Source: Podarcis gaigeae
Lineage: Eukaryota
DNA: 64,000 bases
Reading direction: 5' to 3' (one strand)
Assembly (NCBI GenBank): GCA_964106915.2
Contig: OZ066916.1
A program made the translations under genes and the position numbers. Under the pieces are notes generated by a model. It saw only the letters and a list, made by a program, of their open reading frames with translations, ran no database searches and had not been told where the DNA came from. Positions 26,719 through 38,533 of the stretch are shown here, in pieces (position 1 is the first letter of the stretch; each line of letters opens with the position of its first letter).

Positions 26719-28353
26719 TTTTAATGTGTGCTCTTTGCTTGGAGAATAAACCAAACTTCACTGGAAGGAGAAGCTAAGACAGTGCATGGGCACTAAATTC
26801 TCCGAGACACAAGAAATTTAAGGATGTGCTTAATTACATACATCTAAAGTTACTATGGTGCTGAGCCCTTTTGACTGACCTCTCTGATCCACAGGAGGTG
26901 TAAATCAACATAGCTGCACTGAGGTCAATGGGGTTCTGCTGATTTATACAACTGGAGGGTCTGTCCCACTGAGCATAATACAAGACTAATGACTCCTGCA
27001 ATCACTTCAGCCCTGGCAGCTCCAACGAGTGCAGTTTCGTGTTAGTTATGTATCCTGCACGCACACCAGAGCTCCAACTTACTGTAAATAGAAAGGAGAG
27101 TGCCTTGTTGCTGAATAATTTATGGCACATTAAAAATGGCCCAAGGCAATAGGCTTTTCAGGTTCCACAAAAGCCTTATGCACTTCCTCCCGGTGCAATT
27201 ACGTAAAGGAAATGCTGACTTTCTGAGCTATGAAATATAGATTAGCCATTCAGTCAGAGATCAAAAGTACCCTTTGCAACAGGGAAGGCCTCCTTCATCA
27301 GGTTTTCAGATTTCCTGCTCTCACATTCTTACAGCAATTGCCAAGTTTAATTCGGTTCAATCTTCCAGATGGGAATAAGAGGGACATCACAGCCATCTCT
27401 AAATAGTTCAGTGGAAGCAGTTATGGCATCTGTTGACCAAAAATGGAACCTCCTGGTGATTCTTGGGTACAAAGGCAAAACTCACAGACTTGGGACCAGC
27501 TTTGTCAATGACAAAGGTGACAGTTAGGTGCTTAGTTCTCAATGATTCAAAGTGTGTTTTAGACACAGATGTGCAAGTTTCCAGCGCAGTAATGAGCGGT
27601 GCCCACACCAGAAGCAGGTTTTCAACGATGCCCTTCCTCATCCTTCAGGACCAGCAAAATATTGTGTTGAGAATGGCTGGGGGCCTTTAAAAGTAGTGAT
27701 GCCTGAATGCCAGTCTCTCAGGGCTGAGAAAGGACTGTCCTTACCAGTAAGTAAGTTTTGCAAATGTTCACTTTTTATCCAAAGAATACAAATTTAATTT
27801 GGGGTAGCCAACATAGTGCTATCCTGGTGCTGCTGAACTCCAGTCAGCCCCAGCCCAGCAGAGATGGTGTGAGTTGCAGTCCTAGATTGAGAGGGTGCCT
27901 CATTGGCAACCCCTTAATTAATCACAGATTCCTTCTGTGAAATAGTCATAAGATAGGTGCATTGCAGATTCCTCTGTATCCTAAGCCTGGTCATATCAGT
28001 GCAAGCCCTATGTCAAGGTAACCCTTTGTGTAGGGCTCTCATATTATACGACCTTCCAAACATATTGGCTATAATCCAGCACAGAGGTAAGTCCACTTAA
28101 GCTCTCTGAAATCAATAGACTTAAGCATACCAAACTCTGGGCTGAGCTCATGTCCACTGGGCACAGTCCAATGGCAGGTGCACTCAAGCTACATTGAAAC
28201 CAATAACAATTAAGCACTTAAATCTCATTGATCTCAATGGAATTTAGACACCCCTGGCTTCCACTCATCAGCCATCCCCTAGTCTATTAGGATGAGTGAT
28301 TATGCTCTATAAGCATAGGTTGGTAGGGCACAAGAATGTAGTTTCCTTCATTA

Positions 28354-28595
28354 CAGTGGTACCTCGGGTTACATACGCTTCAAGTTACATACGCTTCAGG
28401 TTACAGACTCTGCTAACCCAGAAATAGTGCTTCAGGTTAAGAACTTTGCTTCAGGATGAGAACAGAAATTGTGCTCCGGTGGCGCAGCAGCAGCAGGAGG
28501 CCCCATTAGCTAAAGTGGTGACTCAGGTTAAGAACAGTTTCAGGTTAAGTACGGACCTCCGGAACGAATTAAGTACTTAACCCGAGGTACCACTG
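28354..28595. mobile_element. Tigger/pogo-like MITE
   Basis: Perfect CAGTGGTACCTCGGGTTA / TAACCCGAGGTACCACTG, TA TSD. Confidence 0.92.
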
Positions 28596-29689
28596 TACTC
28601 CATCCATTTGTAAAGAGCTCAACTGTTTAGTTACTCGTTCATGCAGAGGGACGAGAGAGAAATTTGATTCAGTTCACATTTAAAGATGAATCTATCAAAT
28701 TCACATGCTCTAAAGCAATAGGAGCATCAAAATTCGCACTTACCGAATTTTACAACGCAATTCTCGAACCAAGCAGAGATTCATATATTAAGGGTTAATG
28801 TTGTCCGAATGAATATAGTGGCGAAAATAACACAAAGTATAGCTGCATCAAGAGAAATTGCTTGCGAAAATGTGTACATGAGTCAAAGCTACGTCCAAAA
28901 ATACATTTATTAGGAGAAATTGGCACTAAAATGCTGAATGATTTTCAAAAGGGTTTCTCTCAGACCAAAGGCAAATTGCTGGAGAAATCTGGAGAAGTGA
29001 ATAGAAGATTGGAAAAATAAGAAACTGGGGGGACTGGAATTGACAGATCCTCCCATCTCTAGTCATGAATGTCACATTTATTTTGCCATCTGTGTGTTAG
29101 AATATGTTTGTTGCATTACACACATTTCCAGCAGTGGTCTTCACAGTGACTGTCATGCTTTGTTTACCCACAATACCCTGGATGTTGCATTGCTCCAGGA
29201 CATCTGGGAGGAAATAATAGGGGAGAAATGCCAGCTGCAGCCCCAAGGAGCAATCCCCAGAGTACATTCTTCTGCCACTGGAGACAGACAAACTCCTTAC
29301 CCATCCCAAGTGGCACAAAGAAGTATGAATAGGACTCTTGAATAGGATTCCCATTTAGACTTCTGAAGCATTCATTTCAGACTGAATGAAAATTGAACCA
29401 AATAGGTTCCGTTCAGTTCACTATTTCATCCAGCCCGAAGGCATATCCCTCTAGCTTGGATCAGTTGCAAAACAATTATCTCTGAGGCAGAAGACAACAA
29501 TGGACGGTACCCAATGAAGTAGTTCCATTAGAACAAAGATTTCTGTTTGTGCCATGGAAATCCCCTTCCCTCTCTCTCCTCACATGCCCCTCACACTCTC
29601 CTCAAATCTGCTCCAGACAGATGGGGGCACAGATTTAGGAGGAATGGGGAAGAAAATGGGGAGGGTAAACTCTGTTGCACAGCCACATA

Positions 29690-30042
29690 GTAAAGGTAAA
29701 GGGACCCCTGACCATTAGGTCCAGTCATGGCCGACTCTAGGGTTGCAGTGCTCATCTCGCTTTATTGGCCGAGGGAGCCGGCGTACAGCTTCCGGGTCAT
29801 GTGGCCTGAATGACTAAGCCGCTTCTGGCGAACCAGAGCAGCACATGGAAACACCGTTTACCTTCCCGCCGGAGCAGTACCTATTTATCTACTTGCACTT
29901 TGACGTGCTTTCGAACTGCTAGGTTGGCAGGAGCAGGGACCGAGCAATGGGAGCTCACCCTGTCGCGGGGATTCAAACCGCCAACCTTCTGATAGGCAAG
30001 TCCTAGGCTCTGTGGTTTAACCCACAGCGCCACCCACGTCCC
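29690..30042 (-). mobile_element. Full-length Sauria SINE with perfect 14 bp TSD
   Basis: TGCACAGCCACATA at 29676-29689 and 30043-30056; A-box TGGCGCTGTGG, B-box-like GGTTTGAATCC, (ACCTTT) tail. Confidence 0.97.
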
Positions 30043-31509
30043 TGCACAGCCACATACTGTTGTTGTAAGAACTTTGCTGAATGATGTCCAATGACTCAAA
30101 GAATGAGTTAGCATTAGGGCTACCTGATGCCCAATCCCCTGAAAGCTACAGATCACTCTGGGCCATCCTACCCAAATTGTAGCGATCCGTAACTGTCTGT
30201 ACCCAACTCAACCAATGCCCAAGTCCCTCTGAATATGCCTGATTTGACTTGGGTCTCAGTTGGTATGCAACTACTGTGTAAAAAACCCCCTCTGTGTTAG
30301 CATTTAACAGAGTGTTAGTCAATGAGTATTGAAACATTTCCCGCAAACAGGTTTCCACTCACACAATGTTTTGTTTTACTCAAAAGTCCTACTACATTCA
30401 ATGGAACTTAATTATTAGCCCCAAGGCCCAGTTCCCTTGGATTTCACTTAGGAGAAGATGCTGTGAAAGCAATACTTTATGAGGCCTCTTTTGATGTTCC
30501 AAGGAAGTGGTAAGAAAGGAAGGTGGGACATGTATGTTCTCCTAAGGTGGCCTGCCACTTGTATTTCCTATCTCACAGTTCTTGTCAAATGCTCCCCCCA
30601 CCAAAAGGTGCCACCTGACAAGAATAAAATGACCCAACCTATTCCTGCACCTTATTGAATAGACATGTGTAAGATTTTCCTGTCTGCCTACAACAATCAG
30701 ATACTTTCTCCTCACCCAGGTAGGAAGTTTCCTCTTTGGATATCCTTCTTTTGAAGCACGGTAGACCAGTTCGCGGCATAACATTACATAAGCCTCCCGA
30801 GACAGCTTTTGAGTGGCATGTCACAGTGACAGCGCACAAAATTGTCATCTAGGGTATCAAATGGGATTACCATATAATAGAGAGATGGAGGGGGAAATGG
30901 TTTGACAAGCAATGATGTGCCAACGTTTTAACATAAAAAGCACTTGCCAGATCAAATGCACTTTCTCTCTGTGGATGGAATATTAGCTGCGGCAAACTTA
31001 GTCATGCCATCCTTGTATAATCCTCGCTATGGTACAGCCATAGGGATGCAAGACATCAAGGCATCTGCTTGAATACTGGGCTCGGGATGGAGCCCCATGG
31101 CAAAACTCCTTTTGATTTCAATGATAGGCTAAGATCCAAGAGGAGCAGTTGTGGCTGGTGGGTGGAGCAAAGGCCAAGAGCTGCCCTCCCAACACAGGCA
31201 CTGCTGCAGCTTACCTAGAGGGTGGGGTAAGGGGGCAGTGAGGTCAAGGTTGTGTGGATGCACTGGATTGGCTGCACTGGGGCATCCACCACCCTGACCC
31301 ACCCCAGTGCCACCCAGGCAACCTGCAGTGATGCCAGTGTTGGGAGTTCACCTTGGCTACACCTGCAAAAGAGGAAAGGGAATGAGAGGTGTTCCTGAGC
31401 TGCACCTGTTCTCATTCATGACAAGCTGGATTCACCAATATACCGTATTCCACACAGCTGTCAGAGGCATAGGGGTCCTCTTCTCCTTTGTATTTGGTCA
31501 AGCTACTGG

Positions 31510-31885
31510 AAGGTCAAGGTCAAGGACCCCTGGATGGTTAAGTCCAGTCAAAGGCGACTATGGGGTTGCAGCACTCATCTGGCTTTCAGGTCGAGGAAGA
31601 CTGCGTTTGTCCACAGACAGCTTTCTGGGTCCTGTGGCCAGCATGACTAAACCACTTCTGACACAACGGGACACTGTAACAGAAACCAGAGTGCACAGAA
31701 ATGTCGTTTACCTTCCCGCTGCAGCGGTACCTATTTATTTACTTGCACTGGTGTGCTTTTCAAAGTGCTAGGAGCTGGGACAGAGCAACAGGAGCTCACC
31801 CTATCGTGGGGATTCAAACCACCGACTTTCTGATTGGCAAGCCCAAGAGTCTCAGTGGTTTAGACCACAGCGCCACCCGCATCCC
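31510..31885 (-). mobile_element. Sauria SINE, older subfamily
   Basis: Same head and core, (ACCTTG) tail variant. Confidence 0.85.
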
Positions 31886-33477
31886 ACATACTGAGAGGAT
31901 ATAGTGTGAAAGGACCATGAGGCTGCCACCTTGCTGGTCAGCATTTGGATGACAGGTCACCTTGGAACAACCAGAAGAAAGGTGGGATAAAAATTTTAAG
32001 GAAATAAATAAGAAGAAATGAATGAATGAATGACTGCAATCCCAGTATTTTGCCTTTATTGAAATCAATATGACTTACATAGGTGTAAACATGGTCAGGA
32101 CTGAGCTGTACTGCATAGGAAATGAACCCAATATAGCTTTTATTACCAAATACAAAGTGTATTTTACCTGGAACTGGCACTATTACAGGTACTACATAAT
32201 AGTCATTCTGCACTTCTAAGAAGTTAGGATGGCAACACCTAAACTTTGGAACTCCCTGCCAATTGACATCAGGCATGTGCTTTCACATGTTTTGGCACCT
32301 GCTAAAAACATTTTTGTTCAGGCAAGCTCTTTTAGACGTGCAGAAAATGACGTGTGTTTTAATCTGTTTTTAGCTTAAATATTAACTTTAATTATGTTTT
32401 GACTTTTCTTAAACATCTGCTTTTAATTTTGTCTTTTATTGACACGTATAACACTTGCTTCATTAATTTTTTTTAGATTTTTAAAAAAGAAATTCTACGA
32501 AACAGGACAATTGTGTAGATATAGTTTTCCTAAAATTTCAGTTCTTGGAAGGACAAAGAAAAAGAAAGAAAACACATTGTGTTCTATCTTAAACAATGAG
32601 GGAGGGACAGTGCAGGATACTTCAGGAACCCAGGAAAATGTGCAGCACAGCAAGATTTTATTTAAACAACTTTAGTATCAACAAGTTCTGAAGAGTTAAG
32701 TCTTCCAGAATGTTTCACGGCTGGCTGGCTAAGGCTACATTCAGACAGCACTTTATTCTGCTTCCCCAATGTTTCCTTACCTGACAATGACCACATTTTA
32801 TATGATCTTTCACATGATGGAAAAGTCACTTATGGAAATCTAGCAGAAGTTTAGTGCTCGTTTCCCTGTCAATTGCTTCCAAAAAAGATATGTTTGCATC
32901 CCGTTAACCTGAAAAATTGTGGGAGTTTTGCGCTGTAATTTTCCTGCAATATGATGACAATTTGAGCGGTATTCTGGCATACGGCTCTCTCTCTCTCCCC
33001 CCCCCCCCCCATTTTCACAAGTTAATCCTAAGGGAACAGAAGCACACGTGCTCATAAAGGTGGCGACATGTCCAATGATGTTCACTGTTGTCACACGGAA
33101 CCCATTGTTGTGAATGAAATTTAGTGCAACATGGTGATAACCCCCCCCCCCACCAACCACAGTTCCAAAATGCAACAGGAAATACAGTGCAAACAGAATG
33201 TTAGAAACCGGGACCAAAGTGCTGACATTATAATCAGAAAAGCTAATGTGAAAATCTCAAAATCTGGATGCATCCTAGGTCCAGCAAGTGTAAGAGAATC
33301 ACAACATGAGGTCTACGTAAAACAAAGGCTGGCACTCCTCCAGATTCTGGTATGACGTAACTGCTAGGAAAATGTGAAGTAACAACAACAACAACAGTAA
33401 TAACAACAACTTACTATTTATACCGTACCCATCTGGCTGGGTTTCCCCAGCCACTCTAGGCAGCTCCCAACAGAATA

Positions 33478-33719
33478 CAGTAGTACATCTGGTTATGAAC
33501 ACTTCTGGTTATGAACGCTTAAGGTTATGAGATCCGCTAACCCAGAAGTAGCTGCTCCTAGTTGCAAACTTTGCCCCAGGATGTGAACGGAAATTGCGCA
33601 CCGGAGGCGCGTGCACAGCAGGAGGCACCATTAGCAAAAGCACGCCTCAGGATAAGAACAGTTTCAGCTTAAGAACAGACCTCCAGAACGAATTAAATTC
33701 ATAACTAGAGGTACTACTG
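33478..33719. mobile_element. Tigger/pogo-like MITE nested in an L2 3' fragment
   Basis: CAGTAGTACATCT / AGAGGTACTACTG, TA TSD; L2 tail continues on both sides. Confidence 0.85.
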
Positions 33720-34265
33720 TATTAAAAACACGATAAAACATCAAAAATTAAAAATTTAGGAAGCAAATTTTAGGTTTATATATGGATTTTGAAACACATG
33801 GGGGAAAATACTGCATGTTTTGTGAATTCCTAGAACATACTTTCTACTCCCACTTATGCTTGGTTGGAAATGTCACCCTTGTTCCCGTGTCAGAGGGTCC
33901 AGGCGAGACAGTTTAACATTCATCTGGCCTCTGCAAGCAGGCTGTTGCTTACATGTTCCCCTCGCTTTATGTTGGCCTTCTTCCTAGCTGCGTTGCACAA
34001 TTTGGTGTCCTCCACCTACCTCCTCCTCCTCCTCCTCCTCTTCCTCTTGCTTCACCTCAAGCTATGAATAAAGAAAGGCAGTTGGGGTTTGGGTGTCGTG
34101 TTACTGATTCAACAACTTGCATACCTTTCCTCTGAATCGCTCTTCCTGAGCCCCTCTCTGCACCAGCGGCTGCTCCCGCTTATGTAAAAGCAACACGAGC
34201 TTGCTGACAAAGAGCAACAGCACTGAGAAGCACTGCCAGGCATGATGGGGGAAGGATGTAACAGG

Positions 34266-34852
34266 GGAGGGCTGTAGCTCAGTGGCGGAGCATCCTGCCT
34301 TGCATGCGAAAAGTCTTCGGTTCAATCTCCGTCATCTCCAGTTAGTGCAGCCAGTACATGGCTAGATGGAGTGATAGTCCAACGCAGTTAGGGACGCGGG
34401 AGAAATCCGATTCAGTTTGCATTTCAAAGCGAACTTACCCAAGTCACAACTGCCTAATTGAAACACGAATGGAAACATGGCTCTTCTTCGAAATTTGCAC
34501 TTCTCTGAATTTTGCAGTGCAGTTTTTTCCAGCCAAGTAATGTGTCTAAAAATGCATGCTCCAGAGTAAAGTGTGCCTGGAACACCCGTTAGTGAAAGTA
34601 GCATACAAGTCTGCAAAAAAAGTGTGTATGGTGCAAAATTTCACACAAAAATGTGTATATTAGGATGGATGTGCACTGAAATGCTGATGAAGTTTCACAT
34701 ATTTATAGACATACATACATATACAAACACACAAACTGATGTGAGAAACTGAACCTAAACTTGTGGCGGGGGATAAAGAGAAAAGGAGAGAGACCAAAGT
34801 TGACACATTTGCCATCCCTGGACTCAGTATAATGGCAGCTTCCTATGTTCTC
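34266..34852 (+). mobile_element. tRNA-derived SINE (Squam3-like) split by a hAT element
   Basis: A-box TAGCTCAGTGG, B-box GGTTCAATCT; tail GACTCAGTATAATGGCAGCTTCCTATGTTC resumes at 34821. Confidence 0.7.
34389..34820. mobile_element. hAT-like non-autonomous element
   Basis: TAGGGACG / CATCCCTG ends; 8 bp TSD AACGCAGT/GACTCAGT. Confidence 0.75.
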
Positions 34853-35657
34853 ATCAGCTATGGTTCTAGGGGACTTACTGGAAAGCAAATCTCATTGAAA
34901 GGAATGAGAGCATGCAATGCAATTCTAAGCACTGAACGTAGAAGCAAGTCCCAGTGAGTTCAGTAGAATGCAACCCCAACCCCACTTACCTGAGTCAAAA
35001 CCCCACTGAATTCAATAGCGCTTACTTCTGAGTAGATGTAGTTAGGACAGCCCTCTTACTTCCAAGTTAGTATGGTTGTAAGTAACCTATGCATGCTCTC
35101 TAGATATGCCATATTGCAATGCTCCCACACCTTGAATGTGATGAGGATTAGAAAGAGGAAACTGGCACCTGGGAGAAGAGCAAAGTTCCATTTCCTCCCA
35201 TATCTGCTGCCAATTTAGCATTGCAGGATGCATGCTACTTTCATCACCTTGAAAAATGCAGAATTCAGGATGTGCCTTTGGTGAGGTATCGCTTGAAGTG
35301 TTTTTACGGCACTGTGCTTTAAGGAATGACCTGCTGCCATTTTTAAAATGTTACCTGATGTTTCTGTTGGTGGTTTATTCTATTGTTTTAATAGCTGAAA
35401 GCTTATTATATAGGCCACTTCCTGTTTATAGGAGTGGTTAATGGGGCGGCACATCATGCTAGGTGCAAAAGCCAGTTCAGGTCACAACCCAATACTTAGG
35501 AAGGACCGTAGCTCAGTGGTGAAACATTGATATCGGAATTTTGCACCTCAAAAAGCACTTAAAGGCACAAGAGCAGGTCAAAACTTGCTTTTTGTCCTTT
35601 GGACACCTCACTGGGATGTCAGGCACTCCAAAAACTAGATGCATGCAGCCTGTAGAG

Positions 35658-35864
35658 CAGTGTTTCCCAAACATGGGTCTCCAGCTATTTTTGGACTACA
35701 ACTCCCATCATCCCTAGCTAGCAAGATCAGTGGTCAGGGATGATGGGAATTGTAGTCCAAAACAGCTGGAGACTCCCATCATCCCTGACCACTAATCTTG
35801 CTAGCTAAGGATGATGGGAGTTGTAGTCCAAAAACAGCTGGAGACTCAAGTTTGGGAGACAGTG
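35658..35864. mobile_element. Palindromic hAT MITE with inverted core duplication
   Basis: CAGTGTTTCCCAAAC / GTTTGGGAGACAGTG; TSD CTGTAGAG/CTATGGAG. Confidence 0.8.
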
Positions 35865-36130
35865 CTATGGAGTTTTCATCTCTCTCTCTCTCTCTTTGCC
35901 TGGAAAAGGCCCAAGCTGCTTATGCACAGCATGAAGAGGCAGTGAAGGAAGAGCTTCACCTGTTGAATTTCTACTTATCATGCAGTTATTAAAGGAATTC
36001 TACCGGGAAGCAAATGTGCCAGTTGGCTCCGTGGACCATCCATATGTTGACCAGTCCTGTTCTAGCTTGTCCGCAGATGAAAATGTCAAGGTACCTCCCA
36101 AAAGATTGTCCCATTTGACAAGCCTTATAA

Positions 36131-36464
36131 AAGTAAAGGTAAAGGGAGCCCTGACCATTAGGTCCAGTCGTGACCGACTCTGGGGTTGTGGCGCTCATCT
36201 CATTTTATTGGCCAAGGGAGCCAGCGTACAGTTTCTGGGTCATGTGGCCAGCATGACTAAGCCGTTTCTGGCGAACCAGAGCAGCGCATGGAAACACTGT
36301 TTACCTTCCCACTGGAGTGGTACCTATTTATCTACTTGCACTTTGACGTGCTTTCGAACTGCTAGGTTGGCAGGAGCAACGGGAGCTCACCCCGTTGTGG
36401 AGATTCGAACTGCTGACCTTCTGATCGGCAAGTCCTAGGCTCTGTGGTTTAACCCACAGCACCA
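36131..36464 (-). mobile_element. Sauria SINE
   Basis: Colinear with 29690-30042. Confidence 0.92.
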
Positions 36465-37038
36465 CTCTTACAGAAACCCAAATCCTTATACAGATGTAAT
36501 TTCATAGACATGAACACAGATCTGAAGCTGATCCCAGGAGACTATCCTTTTGTGAGCTTTGAAGAGTTGAATAAGAGTCCCCCAACATGTAGGACATACC
36601 TAACTCTTTGTCATTTCAAACTCCGTTTCATAACCCTTCCATTATTTATTCTGTACATCATCCTATCATGTTGGCATGGTAACTGCCTAAAATTGGTAAC
36701 AGGCTGAGCTTTTATTGCCGTTTAATCAAAAAGTTTTCAGTACACCACAATGCTCTGAGTACAGAAGCTAAAAATATTTCTCTCCTTGGAGAATAAACAA
36801 CTGTAGCATGTTTTACTTACATGCAAAAGAGAAAAGGCCCGAATTTTTTCCCAATCAAGAACTCAAGTTTGTGTGTAGTTCACCAGCACTAAGTAATCTC
36901 CTGAATGCTTTATCTTGAATATATTTTATTTCTCAGCAGTCACATTCAAGTCCATTATTTTATTTTATTTTGCTACGTTTTCATCCTGCATTTCCTCCAA
37001 GTTTCTCAGGGCCATGTATGTGCCAGTTTTCCAGCAAC

Positions 37039-37207
37039 CAGTGGCGTAGCGTGGGGGGTGCAGAGGGGGCTGGACGCACTGGGGGCAACATCTGGGGGTT
37101 AGGGTTAGGGGGCGCAAATCCACGGGTTAGGGGGCGCAAATCCACAGGTTAGGGGGCACAAATTACTTGCCTTGCCCCGGGTGCTGACAACCCACGCTAC
37201 GCCACTG
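37039..37207. mobile_element. hAT MITE with TTAGGG-containing internal repeats
   Basis: Perfect 17 bp TIR CAGTGGCGTAGCGTGGG; perfect 8 bp TSD CCAGCAAC. Confidence 0.95.
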
Positions 37208-37380
37208 CCAGCAACCTCTGATTTTATCATCACAACAACCCTGTGAGGTTGTTTAGGTTGAGTTAGAATGGCCCAATATGAGTTTTACAGATCACCAGGG
37301 ATTTGAACCTTGATCTCCCTGGCCCCAAATCTGAAAGCCCCAAATCACCTCACCATCCTCGCTCTCAGGCAACTGAGATA

Positions 37381-37601
37381 CAGTGGTACCTCTGGATGCG
37401 AACGGGATCCGTTCTTGAGCCCTGTTCGCATCCTGAAGCGAACACAACCTGCGCCTGTGCATGAGCGAGTCACAATTCACGGCTTCCACACATGCGCGTG
37501 TAGCGAAACCCGGAAGTAACACGTTCTGTTACTTCCGGGTCGCTGTGGAGCATAACTGAAAAATGCTCAACCCAAAGCTACTTCAACCCGAGGTATGACT
37601 G
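37381..37601. mobile_element. Tigger/pogo-like MITE, second subfamily
   Basis: CAGTGGTACCTC / GAGGTATGACTG, TA TSD. Confidence 0.85.
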
Positions 37602-38018
37602 TATTAGACAATCCTGTTGTTGTAGAAGTGGTTACCAGTTTGTTTCTGGGCCCAGTATAAGGTGCTGGTTCGACTGACAGTATCAACTATCTCTTTAAGG
37701 AGGTGTGTTTGGATATTATTACCATCAGTGCTATTTTTCTAGAAAAAGGGATGCCGGATCTCACCACAAACACCTCCCTTGTTCTCTTATAATGGCAATG
37801 GTGCCCACCTGAGAGATGCCAGGACTGAGTTCTGGTGAGTTCCGGCTATTCTTCTTCTTATTAATTACAGTCACATCCAGGTAAGCTATACATGTATACA
37901 GTACTATTTTTCTAGAAAAATGAACACCTACCTTGTTCTGTTATAATGGCATTGGCACCCATCTGAGTTCCAGCAACTGCCAGTTTGGGGGGGGGGGAGC
38001 TCTGCATGTATATATATA

Positions 38019-38244
38019 CAGTGGTGTCTCGGGTTATAGACGTTTCAGGTTACAGACTCCGCTAATCCAGAAATAGTACCTCAGATTAAGAACTCTGCTT
38101 CAGGATGAGAACAGAAATCGCATGGCGGCGGTGCGGCGGCAGCGGGAGGCCCCATTAGCTAAAGTGGTACCTCAGGTTAAGAACAGTTTCAGCTTAAGAA
38201 CGGACCTCCTGAACGAATTAAGTTCTTAACCCGAGGTACCACCG
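38019..38244. mobile_element. Tigger/pogo-like MITE
   Basis: CAGTGGTGTCTCGGGTTA / TAACCCGAGGTACCACCG, TA flanks. Confidence 0.9.
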
Positions 38245-38302
38245 TAAAGGGAAATCTACCAAACCCACAGCTTCCCTATCAATTTCCCCCTTGTTCCTGG
38301 TA

Positions 38303-38533
38303 CAATGGTATCCTGGGTTACAAACACCTTGGGTTACAAACACTTCAGGTTACAGACTCTGCTAACCCAGAAGTAGTACCTCGGGTTAAGAACTTTACCT
38401 CAGGATGAGAACAGCAATCGTGCGGCAGCAGCGGGAGGCCCCATTAGCTAAAGCGGTACCTCAGGTTAAGAACGGTTTCAGGTTAAGAATGGACCTCCAG
38501 AATGAATTAAGTTCTTAACCTGAGGTACCACTG
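38303..38533. mobile_element. Tigger/pogo-like MITE
   Basis: CAATGGTATCC / GAGGTACCACTG, TA TSD. Confidence 0.9.

Noticed and set aside
34266-34345. tRNA-like sequences here and at 54640 and 61702 as tRNA genes
   Set aside because: Mismatched stems and attached SINE/CR1 tails indicate SINE heads
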